Source: Phyllosticta citribraziliensis (Eukaryota). From it: a stretch of 64,000 nucleotides of DNA. The notes below the pieces were generated by a model, which was not told where the DNA came from, did not search any database, and saw only the letters and a program-made list of their open reading frames with translations. Below, piece by piece: positions 48,290 through 61,714 of this stretch. Made by a program: the position numbers and the translations under genes. Each line of letters opens with the position of its first letter. The first letter of the stretch is position 1. The stretch lies in assembly GCF_038025025.1 (NCBI RefSeq), contig NW_027117346.1:1674001-1738000 (forward strand). The letters are read 5' to 3'.

Positions 48290-49913
48290 ATGGCACGACC
48301 AACCATGCGCGCTGCTCGCTACTACGGGAAGGAGGACATCAGAATCGAACAGATTCCCGAAGACGATACCGGTCCGGGGCAGATCAAGGTAGATCATTCG
48401 CTACCGTCTTTTTCGAGCCGACGCGAAACGATAGATTGCAGGCTTGATCGTTCTTTGGTCCGGTGGGACAAGCTGCTAACAGCACCAAGGTCGCACCCGC
48501 ATATGTCGGCATCTGCGGAACTGGTGAGTCGCTGGGCGCATTGAATTTGGCTCCTATTATTCTTTGCACCGATTGAAGCGATGCAATTGAAGCTCTCAGG
48601 CTCCATGAAAATACTCTGGACTCTAGCAGCTGACGAAACGCAGACTTGCACGAGTACCTCGGCGGTCCAAACTTTGCGCCGCTAAAGCCTCATCCAGTGA
48701 CCAAAGATACGGTTCCCATCACCTTTGGGCACGAATTCTCAGGCGTAATCAAGGAGCTCGGGGAAGGGGTGACGGGCTTCGAGATTGGACAGAAGGTGAT
48801 GCATCCGTCCCGCCACACTTCAACTCGAACCAACATTTCCAGGTCGTCGTCCAACCCACCATCTACTGTGATACCTGCAGTGTTTGCCGTAGCGGAATCG
48901 AGAACGCCTGTCCAAATGGCGGCTTCATAGGTCTCAGCGGCGGAGGCGGAGGCCTCAGTGATGCCGTCGTCGTTCCCTCCCGGGCTGTACTCGCATTGCC
49001 AGACAACGTGCCACTTGATATTGGCGCGCTTGTCGAGCCACTCGCCGTGGCCTGGCACGCAGTCGAAGCCGCTGGGGCTGCGCTGACTACTGATTCGACA
49101 GTCCTGGTGCTCGGGGGCGGTCCCATTGGACTGGCCGTTGTGCAGTGCCTCTCCGCGAGGAAGACGAAGAAAATCATTGTCAGTGAGGTGGCGACGCAGA
49201 GGCAGCGGTTTGCGAAGGAATTCGGGGCGCACCATGTGTTGGACCCAAAAACGTACGACTTGGTCGCTCTCTCGCGCCAATTGAGCGGTGGAGATGGGCC
49301 GGATGTTGTGTTTGACTGTGCAGGTGTTGAAGCTAGGTTAGTCTCTTCTCTTTGTTTCTTTGAGTCAACCGACCCCCTTCTTCTTGTTCATTGCGACTAG
49401 CTTGGTGGATTCGATGAGGAAAGTTTTCCTGTGCAAGATCCCTCAGCGCAAGACGTTGAAGTGTACATTTCCTGCTCGGCCGTCGTCTACACTCGCATGA
49501 TCGAATCATCGCTGACGATTCCAAATCACAGCCTCAACACAGCCTGCGGAGCCGTCGCCGCGCGCGGCCTCATCATCAACGTCGCCATCTGGGAGCGGCC
49601 GGTGCCGTTCCAGCCCAACCTGCTCGTCTGGAAGGAGGCCAAGTACGGCGCGGTGCTGGGGTATCAGCGGCGCGACTTTGAAGCCGTACTTGAGCAGCTG
49701 GCGTCGGGCAACATCAAGCCCGCCGCCATGATCACCGGCCGCATCGCCATGGAAGACCTCGTCGAGCGCGGCTTCCGCCCGCTCATTGACAACAAGGAGA
49801 AGGAAGTCAAGATTTTGGTCGACGTGGCTCGGAAGGCGAGGGCGGAGGAAGCGGAAGGAGAAGGAGAAGGAGAAGGAGAGGTGCTGCACAAGGTTGATTC
49901 GGCGAGGGGATGA
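48290..49913 (+). CDS. Zinc-dependent medium-chain dehydrogenase, (2R,3R)-2,3-butanediol dehydrogenase-like. Predicted join(48290..48388,48490..48523,48644..48795,48843..49336,49532..49913)
   Basis: MRAARYYGKEDIRIE, GICGT|DLHEY, GHEFSG, structural-Zn CDTCSVC.......C, ALVEPLAVAWHAV, GGGPIG, VFDCAG, KILV. TATAAA about 50 bp upstream. Four introns keep phase. Confidence 0.92.
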
Positions 49914-50558
49914 GCGGGCTCGTGGGCGTAATCGAGCTGCGGGTGAGACAGTGCGAGGCGGCGGCGTTGTGATGAGCATGAGGCTTGGTGATGATTCCCC
50001 TTTTATTTGTGCTCTTCTCGCTCTTGCACCAAGCAACGATTCAATTGCGGAAGTGTTTTCTCATTTGTCACAACCACGCTTACTGCGACCCAGTGCTCTG
50101 TCGCTTTCCGTTGGAAAACGAGACTTTTGTCGACTACATGCTTAGTGTAAGCACAAGGACATTGACCACTGAATAAATTATAGTTGATGTTGGATCTGCC
50201 TTTCGCCCACTTGCTTTCTTTGTCAGAGCTGGCCAGCGTGTGAAGATGGCGAACCACGGTTGGTGTGACCTCCAACGACCACCCTTCAACCGATTAATTC
50301 ATGTCAGCGTCCGCCTTCTGTTGTTGACTTGGGCTGTAGTACAGAGGGTAAAAGATGGTGTGACGATTTCCCTCACACTCCCTTTCTGAGATTTCCTTGA
50401 AAATAGAGTCGCGCTTCGTATGTTCCACTTTTGCCCAAAACGTCCGCCGTCGACTCTGCAAAAAGTCGACACACGGGCAAGCCGAGTTTCTCTCATCCGT
50501 AAAGGCAAAGAAGGCAAAAAATAATCGATAATCCACGCTGAGCGCGGAAGCATCATGC

Positions 50559-50683
50559 TGGCGATGCTGGGAATCGAACCCAGGTCGGGTCGGTTTCGTG
50601 AACATCCATAGGTTAACAACCAAGCTGGGCTTGGTGTTGTGGACACTCCACAACGACACATGCTACCCCTACACCACATCACC
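50559..50683 (-). tRNA. tRNA-His (GUG) with a 54-nt intron (50594..50647)
   Basis: Acceptor stem GGTGATG/CATCGCC plus discriminator A. A-box TGGTGTAGGGG. Anticodon arm GTCG-TT-GTG-G[intron]C-CGAC. T arm CTGGG-TTCGATT-CCCAG. T6 Pol III terminator about 40 nt downstream. Confidence 0.9.
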
Positions 50684-53600
50684 TGTGGGCTGTAATTATC
50701 AGGAGAATCTCAAAAACGTAACCTATACATCTAACGTTTTTGGCACGTTTGAGATCACAACATGACTGCGAATTCTGCGCGAGGTCTGTTACTTACAACG
50801 AAATTCAAGGAAGACGGGCAGAATTTCTCAAGTCTGCGTGGGATACGGTGCCTTTTTTACCTCCTGTGTACGATTTCTTGGACTTTCGTGGCAGAGGTGA
50901 AGGCACTCGCGACGCGGATTTGCACGCTCCACTTCCGCGCCCACTTGACCAATCACACGCATCCCCTCTAGCAACACCACACCTGCACCTTCAAACTCCC
51001 AACTCCAAAAATCTCAGCCAGCACCCGCCCGAGCCAGTCATGGGCTCCAAACGTCATCATGCAAGCAGCGCCATGACGTCGACGCCATCGACGCCAGCAC
51101 GACAGGGGAACCGTCGCACAATGCCCCGCGGACCGCGTTTCCGACGGGGGACACGGACGGACAGCGAACGGCCAGCCAGCTGGGACGCCTTGTTGCGTCG
51201 ACAATAATGCCGGCGGAGGAGAAGGCGCCTGAAGGAGAGCACAAAAAAAACTTGTCATCATTATGAAGCTGGTGACTGCGCGACTGGTGTGATGACTGGG
51301 AAGTCCAGAAGAGCAGCGCATGGAGAGATGACCGCTGCAGGCGACGACGGTGGCGCTCGCTCGCTCGCTTGATGTCTCCGCCATTTCGTTTTTGTGGTGT
51401 TGGTGGTTTCCACCCACCACAGACGTCACGAACTGCCAGGAAGGAAGACCTACCGGTCCACGGTACTGCGCCTCGGTCTCTTCTCTTCACAGTACCAAGC
51501 CGCAGACCAGAGGCTGAGCAAGAATTGCGCACGTTTGTGAGGCAGACACGCTGTCTGGCTGAATGGGACGCGACAGGACAAGAAACGTTGAGAGACCAGA
51601 CATGAGACAACGCCGCATGATCATGATCCGTCGTCGACCAACGGCGAGCAGCAGCAGCAGCATCATGACCACCAGCAGCCACAACAACAATGCGTCCGTC
51701 TCCAGAGGTTTCAACGGCGCGGAGAAAGAACCCTGCGCGGGGCCAGGCGCGCAATCAATGCGCGACGACGCGGCGACGCGCCGAGTGGGTATATATGGGC
51801 ATTCGGCGCGCCGTCCGACGGGCTTTGACGTTTGGTGCCACTCACTACTTACTACTCGCTACTCACTCACCACACAGACACACAGAGACGCTGCTTGCTT
51901 GTTGTTGCATGAATGCTTTGCCCTTGGGTTCGTGTCGGAGGGACACACGAGATGCTGAAGCAGAGAGAGGAACGGCAAGCGGGATCTCATTGATGGATGC
52001 GTTGCGCAGCATGGATACTCGGAAACGGAGTGTTCAAATCGGCCATTTCAGATACGGAAGAGAGGAGAAGAAAGGAAAGAAGAAAACGACGAAAGTGCAA
52101 AGAAACGACGTCAACCCTCTACATCTGCCACTGTTGTACGGACAAGTACGACGGCACCCCGCTGCTTGCCTGCCTGCCCCAGCTAGGAGCGTACGTGCGT
52201 ACGGCAACGGACGATAGCCGACAGACGGATTCATGGCTCGATGGATGGACCCTGATCAGACGCTCTACCCGCTGCCCGGCGCTCGGTACACGGCGCCGTT
52301 TGGCCGTTGCGATGGGCGCTGTGGCGGACGGGGGGTTGTGGGTAGGGACGTGGGTAGATGGGGGACCTGACGGGGCTAAGAATAGGCGGGCGGGCACTTT
52401 GTCCGTCGTACGTCGTCGTCCTCGTTGTTGGGGTTTCAAGCAAGCAGATAGTACAGACCTCAGACTTCAATCAGTGCACGCGTATTTTGTAGAGGAAAGG
52501 CGCGTGGCGTAGAGTATGGAGACGGAGGACGACAAAACGAGACAATACACACCCACAAACCAACGGATCAAAAGCAGCGGAGACGCATATGCCTAGCCGC
52601 ACAAATGATCCTGTGGCCTTTCGGCAGATGTCTCAACTCAAACGGCCGCACCCGCCAGAATCATCAGCACCGACAAACAGCAAGCCGACGCGGATTCAGA
52701 AATAGTTTTCAATGCCAGCCGCACATCACACGCATGGCTGATGAGGAGCGCAGGAGCCGCGGCAGTAGTGCCGACGACGGTCGATGCCCGTCAGGCCACT
52801 CCCTTATGGCGCGCCTGATGTCTGTCGTCTTGTTGGTCGTCGGATTTATTGGGCGGAGGGGCAGCGGCGCGGCAATGCTTGGTGCTGTGGGTGGAGTGAT
52901 GGATGACTTGATGAGTGAATGAATGGATGGGCGGAAGCTGGCGCGTGAGGTCTGAAGTCCACGGCAATGTTGATGGTAGACTGGAGAAGGTAAAGTACAG
53001 TGGATGATGGTAGAGGTGGGAGGTTTTTTGATGTAGCAGTGTTGAATAGTCGTGCAGCTAGCTGGATCGGTATGCAGACCAACGGAAAGAGATGGGTAGA
53101 CGAAGATGTACTTCGAGAAAAACAACTCTACAGTGAGCAATGACAGGTGAGTGGTTGATAGATCGCTTCTTCAGACCAAGCAGATATAGAGACCTTTCTT
53201 TCTGCATCACGGTTGGTACATCGTTCTCCTTGCTCCTACTGCTGTTGCTGCTGCTCTAGCTCATGGTCATGTCGTTGACGCCTCTTTGCCCCTTGGTCTC
53301 TCCCTGTCCTTCTTTTCGAGGGCGGAGCAGTGCCTCTAGCTCATTCGCAAACTAGGATGCAAGTCAGAAGAAACATGTTTTAGCAAACCTGATTACGCGA
53401 TGAAAGCCTGTCCACTAATCGCCAGCCGCTTGCTCGTCCGCGATCCGACTGGAATTGGCCAACGACGCCGTAAGTATCACTGCCAAACCGACACGTCGGC
53501 TCAAAAAGCCGTCCTTTCTTCCTTCCGCTTTGCATCGGCTACGTAGTGACATTGTCAACTCTCGTCTCGCACCATTTCGCTTACGCAGGTACACAGCCAG

Positions 53601-56600
53601 CTCAGCTCGCCTAACCCTGTCATCCAGGGGGGGAGAAGGCGCACGCGGAAACCCTGCGCAAGCCAACCATCCACGCATACGATCCGATCCGATCCGAGTC
53701 CGCGCATCTGAGATAGACGAGTGGGTGGGGGAGCAAGGTGGCGGCGATGGCGGTGTAGGGGTGGAGGAGGGGGCATTGGCGGGCGAGATGAGAGAAGGAA
53801 TGGGGAGAAGAATGGCAATGTGACCGGTCTTATAGATTTGCAAGATATTTGTGTGGCAGATCGATTGAGTGGCGCTTTTTATGGGCGCGTTGCGTCGTTT
53901 CGCGCACCTCGCATGGAACAGCGTGGGGCTGCTCGCGTCATTTGAGGTTGGCTGGGGAAGGAGAGCGAGCAGAGCAGGGGAAAGGGGAACAAAAAAAGAT
54001 GGTGGTGATTAGGGGTGGAGAAGGAGGTTGACTTGGCGAAGTGAAGTGGAAGCGAAGCGGGAGGATGAGCAAGCAGGAGAGAGCGAAAAAGCAAACAGAG
54101 GAACGAGAGGGGGGTTGTTATAAAAAGACTGAAGACTGGAAACTATGACACCGCCACACCAACCACATGGCGGTGTGTAGTAGGTCATTGCAAACGAGAC
54201 AAAAAGCAAGACGGAAAAAAAGAACAACCTATGTTCGACATGTCTGACCAAGAGCTCATGTCGTATATCCGAAGCTGCTGCGTCAATTCATCGACAAGCT
54301 CAGACCTACCTTGAGTGGCCGGTGCGCATCGACGAGCAGGCGGGAGACGGCAGCGAGTCGGAGAGGGAGAAAGAAAGCTCAAAGGGTCCACGTTCATCGG
54401 GAAGGACGTTCGATCCGCTGGCCATCAAACCGAGTGCCAACCTCCTGTCGCTCACACCTACCTTGCATTTACCTTCTCTCCACCTCCCGGCGGCAGGCCA
54501 GGGGACACGGACGGAGTGGTAGCCCACATTTGGGACGGCGACGACGCCGCGCCGCGCCGCGCCGCCACGTGCGATGGGGCATGGCAATGGCATGCAGGCA
54601 GCGTGGGACTCGCGTGGGCGCGCAGTGTGCAGGGCGTCGGTAGCACCGCTCGCGACCTGCTCTGCTCCCGATGCAAGCAAGAAAAACCACGTAGCAGCAC
54701 CTCGCGCTGGCCCTGCCTCGAGTCACCGGTAGGTGGTCCCATTTGCGTCCCTCCTGCCCCGCTCTGTGGTGTGGCTCCCTGTTTCGCATCTGTTTGAATC
54801 GCAACCACGGCACGCTCCTCGACGGCCGACGGTCAACCAATGTGCGCGCGCATGGCTGCGCAGGTGTACAGTACGTGTGGCCAAGCTCCAGGCTTGCCCT
54901 CCCTGGGGCCCGTGTTTCGAGCCAGAACAGACAAGACAGCAAGCGGCCTAACGGGGCCCCGCGAGCCATGTGTGCGTGCGTGGGCCAGGGTGCTGTGCTT
55001 TGTACCTTAGGGCGGCCCACTCGACGCGGGCGGGGAGGCGGCCGGCCAGGCGCGGGCGCCGCGTTGCGTGGCAGGTGGTGGAGGGTCGATTTTGGGTCTG
55101 CTCGAGGTTGTTGGTGCTTCAACATGGACGCGGTGGTGCCTTGGAGGAGTAGCTGCGTCGCGTCGGCTGCGGCAAGCCTAGCGCTGCGTCGTAGCCGTGG
55201 CTGTGTGCCAACTCGAGGCCGCGAGCGACGGGGATGGAGGAGAGAGCCGAGTCGAGTCGAGCGCGCGTAGATAGTGCGCATGTAGTGTACTCGGTTTCGA
55301 GTTTGCGTTGTTGAATCAGACGGTTGCATGCATGCATGCATGCATGACTGCCGGCCAAGGAAGGACATGTGTGTATCCATGTTGTGAGCAAAGGTCTGGT
55401 CGGGGCGGCAAGCGAAAGCAAGAGAAAAAGCTTCGCGAAGAGTTCCCGCTGGTCAACAGCCAGGTTTCCGGTGAATTGCAGGCATCAAAAGCGCGCAAGC
55501 AGGGGCCCGGCACGAGGCAGTCGCGGAAGGTCGTCCGGTGGAGGAGAGGCGAGGAAGGTGGTAATATGTGAAGGGCTGAGATCGTCAGGGATTCGGAGCC
55601 ATGGTACGCTATTGGACGGAGAGTGGGCACGGAGATGATAAGTCATGGACAGTGGTCGACCAAGATTAGGCGGTCCAGACGGTGTGCAGGGCGACGGCAA
55701 GCGGTCGAGGAGCGCGTGGTAATAAGGGACATTGTGTACATATTGGGAGCGACAGGTTGGTACTGGAGTGGGATGGCAGCGGAGATTTGAGCAGCAGGGC
55801 GTCGTCGAGGTTGTTTAGCGGAGATGGTAGCCGAACAGGAAGTAGAGCAATGCGAGGTGTCGATGATGGGCTGACGGGTGGAGAGTGTCGTCCGTGGCCA
55901 CGAGGAGCGCTCGGAGGATTGGAGCGGTGCGGCGTAGCGACGTCTGCAGCTTGACGTACAGGTCGGTCTCGGCGACTCGCAGAGTTCATGTTGACCTGAG
56001 GTTGCAAACAGACTTGGATCAAGGTTCATGTTCCCTTTTGGCGGCCGTTGAAGCTGAAGCCACGGTCCCATGTCCAGAAACTCGCATGATGCCCTCGAGT
56101 GGTTCTCCACAGTCGACGCTCCTTAGGAGCCCAGCACATGATTTTTTCTTTTTTCTTCCATTCCCTTTGGCGTGCAACCTGTCGGACGCAAGCTGCAAAG
56201 CTGACGAACAGGCATGCAGGCGGACGCAGGTACAACGAGAATGGAGAGAAGCGACGAAAACGACGTGGACGACGTGAGATAGGACGGTGCGACCTACGTA
56301 AGTGACGACGATCACGCGGGGATAATACTGTACAGGTACGCAGCCGGGCAATGCAGCGAAGTCGGTGAATTGTTGCGACCCCGGGGAAAATCTGCGACGA
56401 CTTTCCGTTGGTTCTCGTCTCCACCTGGACGTCAAGTGAGAAGGGAAACGGACGGACGGTAGGTACCTACATTAGGGACGGTTCCTGTCAGAACCAAAAA
56501 TAGGCCCATCTTAGCACCACCCACCCACGGCAGGCGCAGGAACGGAATCTCTGGAAAGACGGCGTATCGCCATGCTGGACACGAAAAGCTGGGCGCAGAG

Positions 56601-56682
56601 TGGTTGGCTTTGGCGACCGAGTCGTCGTACCGCAGACAATGCCCGAGTCCAAGTCGGGCGCCCGTCGCGTGCTCCATCCAGC

Positions 56683-56753
56683 CTCTCTCTCTCTCCCTCT
56701 CTCTCTCTCTCTCTGTTGATGTTGATGTTGTTGTTGTTTTTGTTGTTGCCGAG
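56683..56753. repeat. Compound (CT)n + (GTT/GAT)n microsatellite
   Basis: Read directly. Confidence 0.85.
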
Positions 56754-57717
56754 TGGTTGGTGGTTCACTTGTTGGACGTTTCATGCCATGAAACATGGTC
56801 CTGGCCTGCTCGCACACCACACCACACCACACCACCCGGTCTCGCCCGCTGCCCATTCCTTTCGACGCCTCTTCTTCAGCTGCACTGCACCCTCTCCCGA
56901 CTTGGTGCGACGGCTCCTCATCAAACTCGGCGACTCGACTGGGCTGAGAACCGCCAGGGGCACGGGGGACGCTTACTAACCTAACCGCCAATGGCTGCAC
57001 CCCGGTCCCGGTCCATGAGGTCCATCACCGCACTGACCTGGACATGGACATGGTCATGGACATGGGGCAATCAACTCCTCGTCGACATCGTCAGGCTCTC
57101 CACCCCGTCGCCATTTGCCTGCCACGACAATCGCCGCGCCGCATACCTATACCGCCGCCGCCCTCGACCTCGACTCCTCACCTCCACCACCACTCCGCCC
57201 GAGAAAGAAAAAAAAAAAAGCCTCCCGCTCTGCTAAATCGTCAATGCTCATGGGATTGCTGGTGCGGCTTAGCCCTATCTCCCTTTGACCTCGCCTCGCT
57301 CCTCACTTATATCCGCCGCCCCCATTGCCTGCCCGCGTGCTATGGCCTAACGCCCTTTTTCCCCCCCCTCCTCCACCTGGCTGCTTGTTTGCTGCTCATC
57401 GTCCTGGCCTGTGCCGCGTACGTCTATACCTCTTTCCTTCTCCTGACTAGGTCTTTGACCCGCCCGCGAGATTGCCAAAGCTCCGGCCAGCTAATTTCCT
57501 ACCACAGACGCTGCTGCCGACTCTCTGCTTGTCTCGACCTGCCTGCTGCCGCACAGAAACCCTCCGATCCCGTCATTAACCCCGGCACCACCTCGACGTC
57601 AACTCGTACCGCGCGTATTTGTTCGGTTTCGACGTCAGGTGTAGAGCGCATTCAAGACACAGTTGCTGCCGGTCAGCTCTGCCACACCGCTCATTTTCGT
57701 TTCGTTTCTGTTCCAAA

Positions 57718-60620
57718 ATGGCCATGGACCTCTTCAAGAGAAACCACTCGCAAGCGAGGTCGCGCCAGTCTTCGCTTGATGCTCAGATGCCTGCTCCCGA
57801 CTCGTCCATGATGGTCCCGCCAGGCTCGTCGTGCTCCTCGCACTCGAGCCCCCTCATAGGAGGTCTCCAGTCGCCGCCGGACCGCCGCAACAGAGACTCG
57901 GCCACTTTCCGCCGCAGTTCAGTCTTTACCCTTCGCCCCCGGAGCAACACGTCCAACTCGATGACCTCGAAGCTTTCCGTGGCCGATGAGCCAGACCGCC
58001 GCTCCTCGCGAGAAATCTCCCCGCACTCGACTTCGGCCAGCGTATCAGAGCCCCCCGGCCACCACAAGCACAAGTCGTCCATGTTTGCCAGCCGCGGCAA
58101 AAAGCTGCGCCGCCAGAGCAGCAAGCTCAGCATGACCATTGACGACTGGGACGAGGCCAACCAGGGTCGGAGGAGTTCCCTCTTTGGCAAGGAGCGCAAA
58201 AAGAGCACCTACGAGTCCGTGGAGCAGTGTAAGACAGGGTCGTCTCTGTTCGTCTCATCCTGCTGACGATTCTAGACAATCTCCGCATGCGCCACATTTC
58301 GGGCCCCTTTGACTTTCAGCATCTCACTCACTCTCATCCCAAACAGTTTGAAAAGGCCCTAGAAAGCAACCGCCAAGATGAGCTCGTCGCCGAGTTTTGG
58401 GCACACAGAGCTTCTCAGGCCCGGAACAAGGAGCTGCGCGGCATCAAGGTTGACGACTTGACCCCTGGCCCATCTGAAAGCCCACGCCCAACCAGCGGCT
58501 CCTCTTTCATCGTCACTTCGCCTCCCAGCGTGAGTCCCAAAACGTCAAGAGATCTTTCCAAACCCCATTCTCCTTCTCCAACGTCGAATCCGCAGGCGGT
58601 CCGGCACTCCCGCTCTCTGGGCAGCTTTTCCTATCCTCTTGCTCCTTCAGGAGACCCCATGCCAAGGACATCGTCGCGACTCGCCATGGCAACCGGCACC
58701 GACCCCTCGCGAAGAAGCTCTGGATTGTGGAGCGAAGCCTATAACGATTCATCCATGCCTAGCGGCGCCGCTGACGAGGTACCGCACGGTCCGCATGCTT
58801 TTTCGACTCCGGATGACACGGCTATCCCGGTTGCGTCTCCCAACTGGGGTACGGATTTGGAGCACATTGCCGAGGAGGAGGAAGGCTATTTTGCCCGTCG
58901 TTCGCACGAAAAATCCGTGCTCCACTCGCCCTCGCCCGACCTGTCGCCGACCCACCAACCAGAGGACGAGTCTGAGCAGCCTCACTCGGACTTGCCGCTA
59001 CGCACCGAGGCCCTTGGGCCTCATGAGCAGCTCAAGTCGTTTGCCCAGTCGCGCCTCTCTGCCAGGATGGGTGGCGCTCGCCCCCGGCCGCTTTCGCAAA
59101 TGTCGGATACCCTGGGCGCACCTTTTCACCCTGCCCAAAAGTCTCCTGGCCCAAGGGCGAGCCCGGCGCTGCAGCGTGCTGGCTCGGTCAGAAGGCGCTC
59201 GACCTTTTTCAAGCCATTGGACAACAACACTTGGGAAGATGACATTGACTTTTGCTACGATGTCGGTGCCGATGCCGACTGCGAATTCGACTGGGAGCGC
59301 ATGTCGAATGGACCGGCCAGCGCGCGTTCCTTTACTCCCATGGAGCCCAGCTTCCAACATCGCCGCACCACGTCGACCGTGGAAGAAGAACCCGAGGAAG
59401 ACAATGAAGAAACGATCCAATCTCTGGGCAACTTTCGCCCTTCGCTGGTCGTCCCCAGTACCACTTCAATACCCGACCTCGACTATCCTTCGGCCATTTC
59501 CGCTTCTACCAACAGCTTGCTCACGCCCGACTCGTATACGGCTTCGAACTTTGCCGCCAGCACGAATAGCGCCCGCAACAACACCTCGACCCCTGCCTCG
59601 GATCGTCAGGAACCGTACAACCCGAACCTCTTGGTTCCGCAAGAGCTCAAGGAGCAAGCGTCCAAGGAAAGCATGTTTGACGAAATGCTCGACTCGTACG
59701 CGCAGCGCGGTGGGCCCGACGACGACTCGGCCTCGGACCGTCATTACCCCCTGCTGAGCAACAACTCCAATAGGCGCTCAGCCAACACCCTGTCCATTGC
59801 GGAATCGTCTCGCAGCGGGCCGTCGCGCTACAGCATGGGTAGCTCGTATGACAGCAGCCTGCGCAGCGCGTCCATTTCGCTGACTAGCCCGCCGCGCCGC
59901 AGCCGCAGCTCCATCGGCTCCCTGCCCGAGCTGGTACACAGCAGGCGTGCGCGACGCACCATTGAGCTAAACGTGGACCGCCTCTCCAAGGACCTAGCAC
60001 GGTTTGCGCGTGAAGACGAAGAGCGACAGGAGGAGCAGCCCAACGAAGCGGCAGGTGACAAGACCTTCTTTGCCGAAAACATTTCAGACGATGAGAACGA
60101 GCACGAGCGCACGGCCGAAGACGACGACGCCGACGACGAAGCCAGCTCGCTGCGCCTCCGCCATCATCACGCACGGCCAACGTCGTCGCGCTCCTCGCGC
60201 CGCCAGTCGTCGCGGTCACGCCCGACCTCGCTCCTCGCCACCGCGCCGGCGCCACCCCCTGCCAAACCCGTCCCACAGCCCCCTTCGTCGCGTTCGCTGC
60301 CCCCCTCGCGCTCGTCGTCGTTCCGCCACCCGCAACACCGCCAACACCGGGAGGTTCCCCCGCCAAACCCCCGCCATACTCTGCACCACATGCCGCCGAG
60401 GAGTGTGATGCCGCCACCTCAGCAGCAACACGAGCGCACCGCGTCGGCCGACTGCGGCGAGGCCAGTTTGGTTGCGCAGGCTGGCGCCCGCGCACAGCAC
60501 ACGCGCGTGTCGAGTCTGGGCGTGGGACCCGCGGCGCCAACCAACGGCAGGAAGCCGAGCGTGTCGAGCAAGACGTACACGCTGAGTTTGTTCCCCACGC
60601 CGCCCAAGGCGACGAAGTAG
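57718..60620 (+). CDS. CRIB (Cdc42/Rac-binding) domain protein, largely disordered. Predicted join(57718..58228,58276..60620)
   Basis: CRIB motif ISGPFDFQHLTH (58296-58331). Second compact motif WEDDIDFCYD..ADADCEFDW. Terminal YTLSLFP. 47-nt GTAAGA..CTGAC..TAG intron joins the two ORFs in frame. Confidence 0.85.
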
Positions 60621-60902
60621 ATGCGGCGTGGATGGGAAAAGAGGAGGTAGAGAGAAAACCGAGGGACGAGAACAACATGGGTTTGATGCGTTGAGCTGAG
60701 CTGAGTTTTCCACAAAAAGACAGACCAACAGATCTATGCCAGAGTGAGACGTGAAGAGAAGGCGATGCCTAGCCTCGTCCCAGCCAAGCAAGCAAGAATA
60801 CAACCATCTGTCTTCCTGAAGCTCCTATCTCCTTGTTTTCTTTCCTATTTCATCTCCCTGCCATACTATACCATTCCTTCCCTCGTCTCCTTGTCCTCTA
60901 CC

Positions 60903-60998
60903 GCTCTCTCTCTCTGTCTCCTTCTCTTTTCCTTCAATGTATCTGTCTGTCCTTGCATCTCTCTCTCCCTCCCTCCCTCTCTCTCTCTCTCTCTCTCT
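60903..60998. repeat. (CT)n-rich microsatellite in the CRIB gene 3' region
   Basis: Read directly. Confidence 0.8.
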
Positions 60999-61714
60999 CA
61001 TCTTTCTCACTGTCCCTACTGCATCATTAGTATACCCCACCTTTCCTTTCAAAACATAGACGTTTGGCATGGAATGGCGCCGGCGCGGCAGGCGGAATCG
61101 GAATCAAGAAATTGGAAAAATAGAGGCCATAGGCATCCATGAGTGGGTTCGGAAGGCGTCGTCGTTAGCGGTGGGTAGGTACGCGGAGGCTCCATGCTTT
61201 TGGGTGGGTGGGTGGGTGGCTGGCTGGCTTGTCGGTGTTGTTGTGTTCATACCTCTCTCCTTTTTCTCGTCTTTTCTTTTCAACAGCGGCAGTGTGCTGC
61301 TCCCTCTCCTTGTCACATTTACTCTACTGCATATACGCACTCACCACCTTTTCGTGCGTCTCTTCTTTTTCTCTTTCTTCTTCTGCTAGGCGTCAACTGG
61401 CTGGCGACAAACGGACGGACGACGCAATCATGCATGCATGGGCTGGCGGCTGGCTTGATACCAATTTCGAATTTGACTCGTTTGAACTCCTTGTCTTGCT
61501 TGCGTCTTCCTTTTGTGCTTGAAAACAGAACAGTGTTTTGACCTTCTAGAATCAAAGATACTTGCTCAGATAGCAAACAAGGCATCTACGTCTATTTCTA
61601 TCGTCCGTTTCGATTTGTATCTGGATGCATCCACTGCTATCTACCGGTCGAGACCCGCATCTACTCGCTCACTCTAGACGCTCTCCGCCCTTTAGTCTCT
61701 ATTGAGGCTCGCCA

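Noticed and set aside
49854..49880. (GAAGGA)n repeat giving an EGEGEGE tail on the dehydrogenase
   Set aside because: A simple in-frame microsatellite after the end of the fold, with no evidence of function.
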